The notes beneath the pieces were generated by a model. That model was not told the origin of the DNA. It ran no database searches and saw only the letters and a list, made by a program, of their open reading frames with translations. The position numbers were made by a program, and so were the translations under genes. Shown here piece by piece: positions 44,456-46,361 of a stretch of 46,361 bases of DNA; position 1 is the stretch's first letter; every line of letters starts with the position of its first letter. The DNA is from Vicinamibacterales bacterium (GTDB lineage Bacteria; Acidobacteriota; Vicinamibacteria; Vicinamibacterales; UBA2999), in the NCBI GenBank assembly GCA_044238535.1, contig JBIIDF010000001.1, forward strand, positions 1-46,361, written 5' to 3'.

Positions 44456-45250
44456 TCACACCTCCTCCGCAAATGAATCGCGCAGGCGGTCAAAGACGAA
44501 GTAGCCCAGCAGGAAGACGAGTACCGCCAGCAGGGCGAGGCTCATCAGCCAGCGCCAGTGTCCGTGCGGACCCACGTAGAACAGCACCTCCTGATAGGAA
44601 ATGGCGAGGTGTGTCATCGGGTTGAGATTCATGGCCCAACGCATGTAGTCAGGTGCCTGACTGATCGGGTAGATGATGGGTGTAGCGAAGAACCACAGCG
44701 TCAGCAGGTTGCCGAGCAGGTCTTTCAGGTCGCGAAAGTGCACCGTGAGAGCCGACAGCAGTAGCGCCAGTCCAATCGTCAGCACGAGCTGCACGAGCAC
44801 GATCACCGGGAACCAGAGCAGTTCCACAGGGTCGAGCGGCCGCCGGTAGTAGACGAGAAACGTGACCAGAATCGGCAGGCCGAGGAAGAAGTGCGCCATG
44901 TTCGCCAGCACCGTGACGATGGGCAGGACTTCCGCGGGGAAGAGCACCTTCTTGATCAGGTTACCGCCCGACAGCAGCGTGCTGGACGATTCCAGAAGGG
45001 ACGAGGAAAACCAGGTCCACGGCAGGATGCCGCAGAACATGAATAACGCATACGGTTCGAGGTCTGCCGGCCGAACGCCCGGCATGACCGTGGTGAACAC
45101 GAAGTTGTAGATGAGGAGGAGCAGCAGCGGGTTGATGAATGACCAGAAGAAACCCAGCACCGACCCGCGGTACCGGGCTTTCAGGTCACGGACGACCAGC
45201 GTCTGGATGAGGCCGCGATAGCGGGGCAAGGCTGCGAGGTTGTGCCACAT
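44456..45250 (-). CDS. wzm: ABC-2 type polysaccharide exporter permease
   Basis: 264 aa with six TM segments. N-terminal VVRDLKARYRGSVLGFFW, typical of Wzm/TagG. Confidence 0.85.
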   Translation of the reverse strand: MWHNLAALPRYRGLIQTLVVRDLKARYRGSVLGFFWSFINPLLLLLIYNFVFTTVMPGVRPADLEPYALFMFCGILPWTWFSSSLLESSSTLLSGGNLIKKVLFPAEVLPIVTVLANMAHFFLGLPILVTFLVYYRRPLDPVELLWFPVIVLVQLVLTIGLALLLSALTVHFRDLKDLLGNLLTLWFFATPIIYPISQAPDYMRWAMNLNPMTHLAISYQEVLFYVGPHGHWRWLMSLALLAVLVFLLGYFVFDRLRDSFAEEV

Positions 45251-45293
45251 GGAACGGATGCCTGGGCCTCAGGGTCCCGCCGCACCAGCCGAT

Positions 45294-45318
45294 CCGGCGG
45301 GCGTGCGGGTCCCGCCGG
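45294..45318 (-). terminator. GC-rich hairpin between atpC and wzm
   Basis: CCGGCGGG (45294-45301), 9-nt loop, CCCGCCGG (45311-45318), 7 nt after the atpC stop. Flanked by the direct repeat GGGTCCCGCC (45272-45281 and 45307-45316). Confidence 0.3.
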
Positions 45319-45324
45319 GCGTCG

Positions 45325-45747
45325 TTAGAGGCCGCCCCCGCGGCGTGTCTCCGCCTGCAGTTGCTGAAGGGTGCGCAACAGAGCGACGCGCGCCCGCTCG
45401 AAATCGATCTCGTGGGGAACGTCGGCCATCATTTCTTCGGCACGAGTCATGCCGGCGCGTGCGCGTTCCTCATCGAGGCCGTCGACCGTGTCGGCCACCT
45501 GCGCGATGACACTGACCCGATCGGGCATTACTTCGGCAAAACCGATGGACACAACCATTGCCGTCCGCGTGGTCCCCTGCCGATAACTCATCGGCCCGGT
45601 CCGGAGCGAGGTAAAGAATGGCGTGTGCCCGGGTAGCACGCCGAAATCTCCCTCGGACCCGGGCAGCGACACCTCGTCGACGTCGTACGACTGCGATCGG
45701 TCGGGCGTGACGATGTGCAGAGTGAGTTTCGTCGGGAGGGTCGCCAT
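45325..45747 (-). CDS. atpC: F0F1 ATP synthase subunit epsilon
   Basis: 140 aa. LHIVTPDRS...LPGSEGDFGVLPGHTPFFTSL. It starts 2 nt after the atpD stop. Confidence 0.9.
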   Translation of the reverse strand: MATLPTKLTLHIVTPDRSQSYDVDEVSLPGSEGDFGVLPGHTPFFTSLRTGPMSYRQGTTRTAMVVSIGFAEVMPDRVSVIAQVADTVDGLDEERARAGMTRAEEMMADVPHEIDFERARVALLRTLQQLQAETRRGGGL

Positions 45748-45749
45748 GA

Positions 45750-46361
<612 letters not shown>

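Overview
This is a GC-rich chromosomal segment, roughly two-thirds G+C by eye (not computed). It has about 38 tightly packed protein-coding genes. I could not recognise any rRNA, tRNA, CRISPR array, transposase or integrase. All product calls come from motifs read in the supplied translations; no database search was run. The gene content suggests an Acidobacteriota-like genome (inference): a CarboxypepD_reg-type TonB-dependent receptor, an Acidobacterial-type VWA protein, and many PAS/GAF sensors.

Main blocks:
- 12-3006: GT2 glycosyltransferase, then macro domain, OmpA and VWA genes on the minus strand.
- 3161-10352: aminotransferase, large GT-C-like membrane protein, kbl and an M1 peptidase.
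- 10401-16215: orphan nuoG-like gene, membrane GAF protein, glnA and an NtrC-type activator.
- 16243-18611: PAS-GAF-PAS histidine kinase with a CheY-like regulator.
- 18910-24651: orphan atpB, then a TonB-dependent receptor with an overlapping secreted TPR/CXXCH partner.
- 24698-30485: COG0523 GTPase, GAF-GAF-PP2C phosphatase, atypical FabZ-like protein, YhaM-like HD nuclease and EamA transporter.
- 30529-35721: regulatory island with a hybrid kinase, a FliA/WhiG-type sigma factor, an excisionase-family HTH protein, a second sigma-54 activator, a basic hypothetical protein and a Dabb protein.
- 35792-46361: long minus-strand array of cupin, dusB, NusG paralog, SurA-like PPIase, mfd, heptose-phosphate adenylyltransferase, wzt, wzm, atpC and atpD (partial).

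Most interesting observations:
1. A near-consensus sigma-54 promoter (TGGCAT-N5-TTGC) lies directly upstream of the FliA-like sigma gene. Two 14-bp GTCA-N6-TGAC palindromes sit at enhancer distance from it. A third copy lies inside the promoter of the neighbouring sigma-54 activator. This predicts an undescribed two-component to sigma-54 to sigma-28-like cascade outside any flagellar context.
2. At least eight genes carry a TAnnnT -10-like hexamer 5-10 nt upstream of the start codon, which suggests widespread leaderless mRNAs.
3. The FliA-like protein has a ~95-aa C-terminal extension encoded antisense to the 3' end of the hybrid kinase gene.
4. The FabZ-like hotdog protein lacks the catalytic histidine.

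No classical mobile or defence system is evident.
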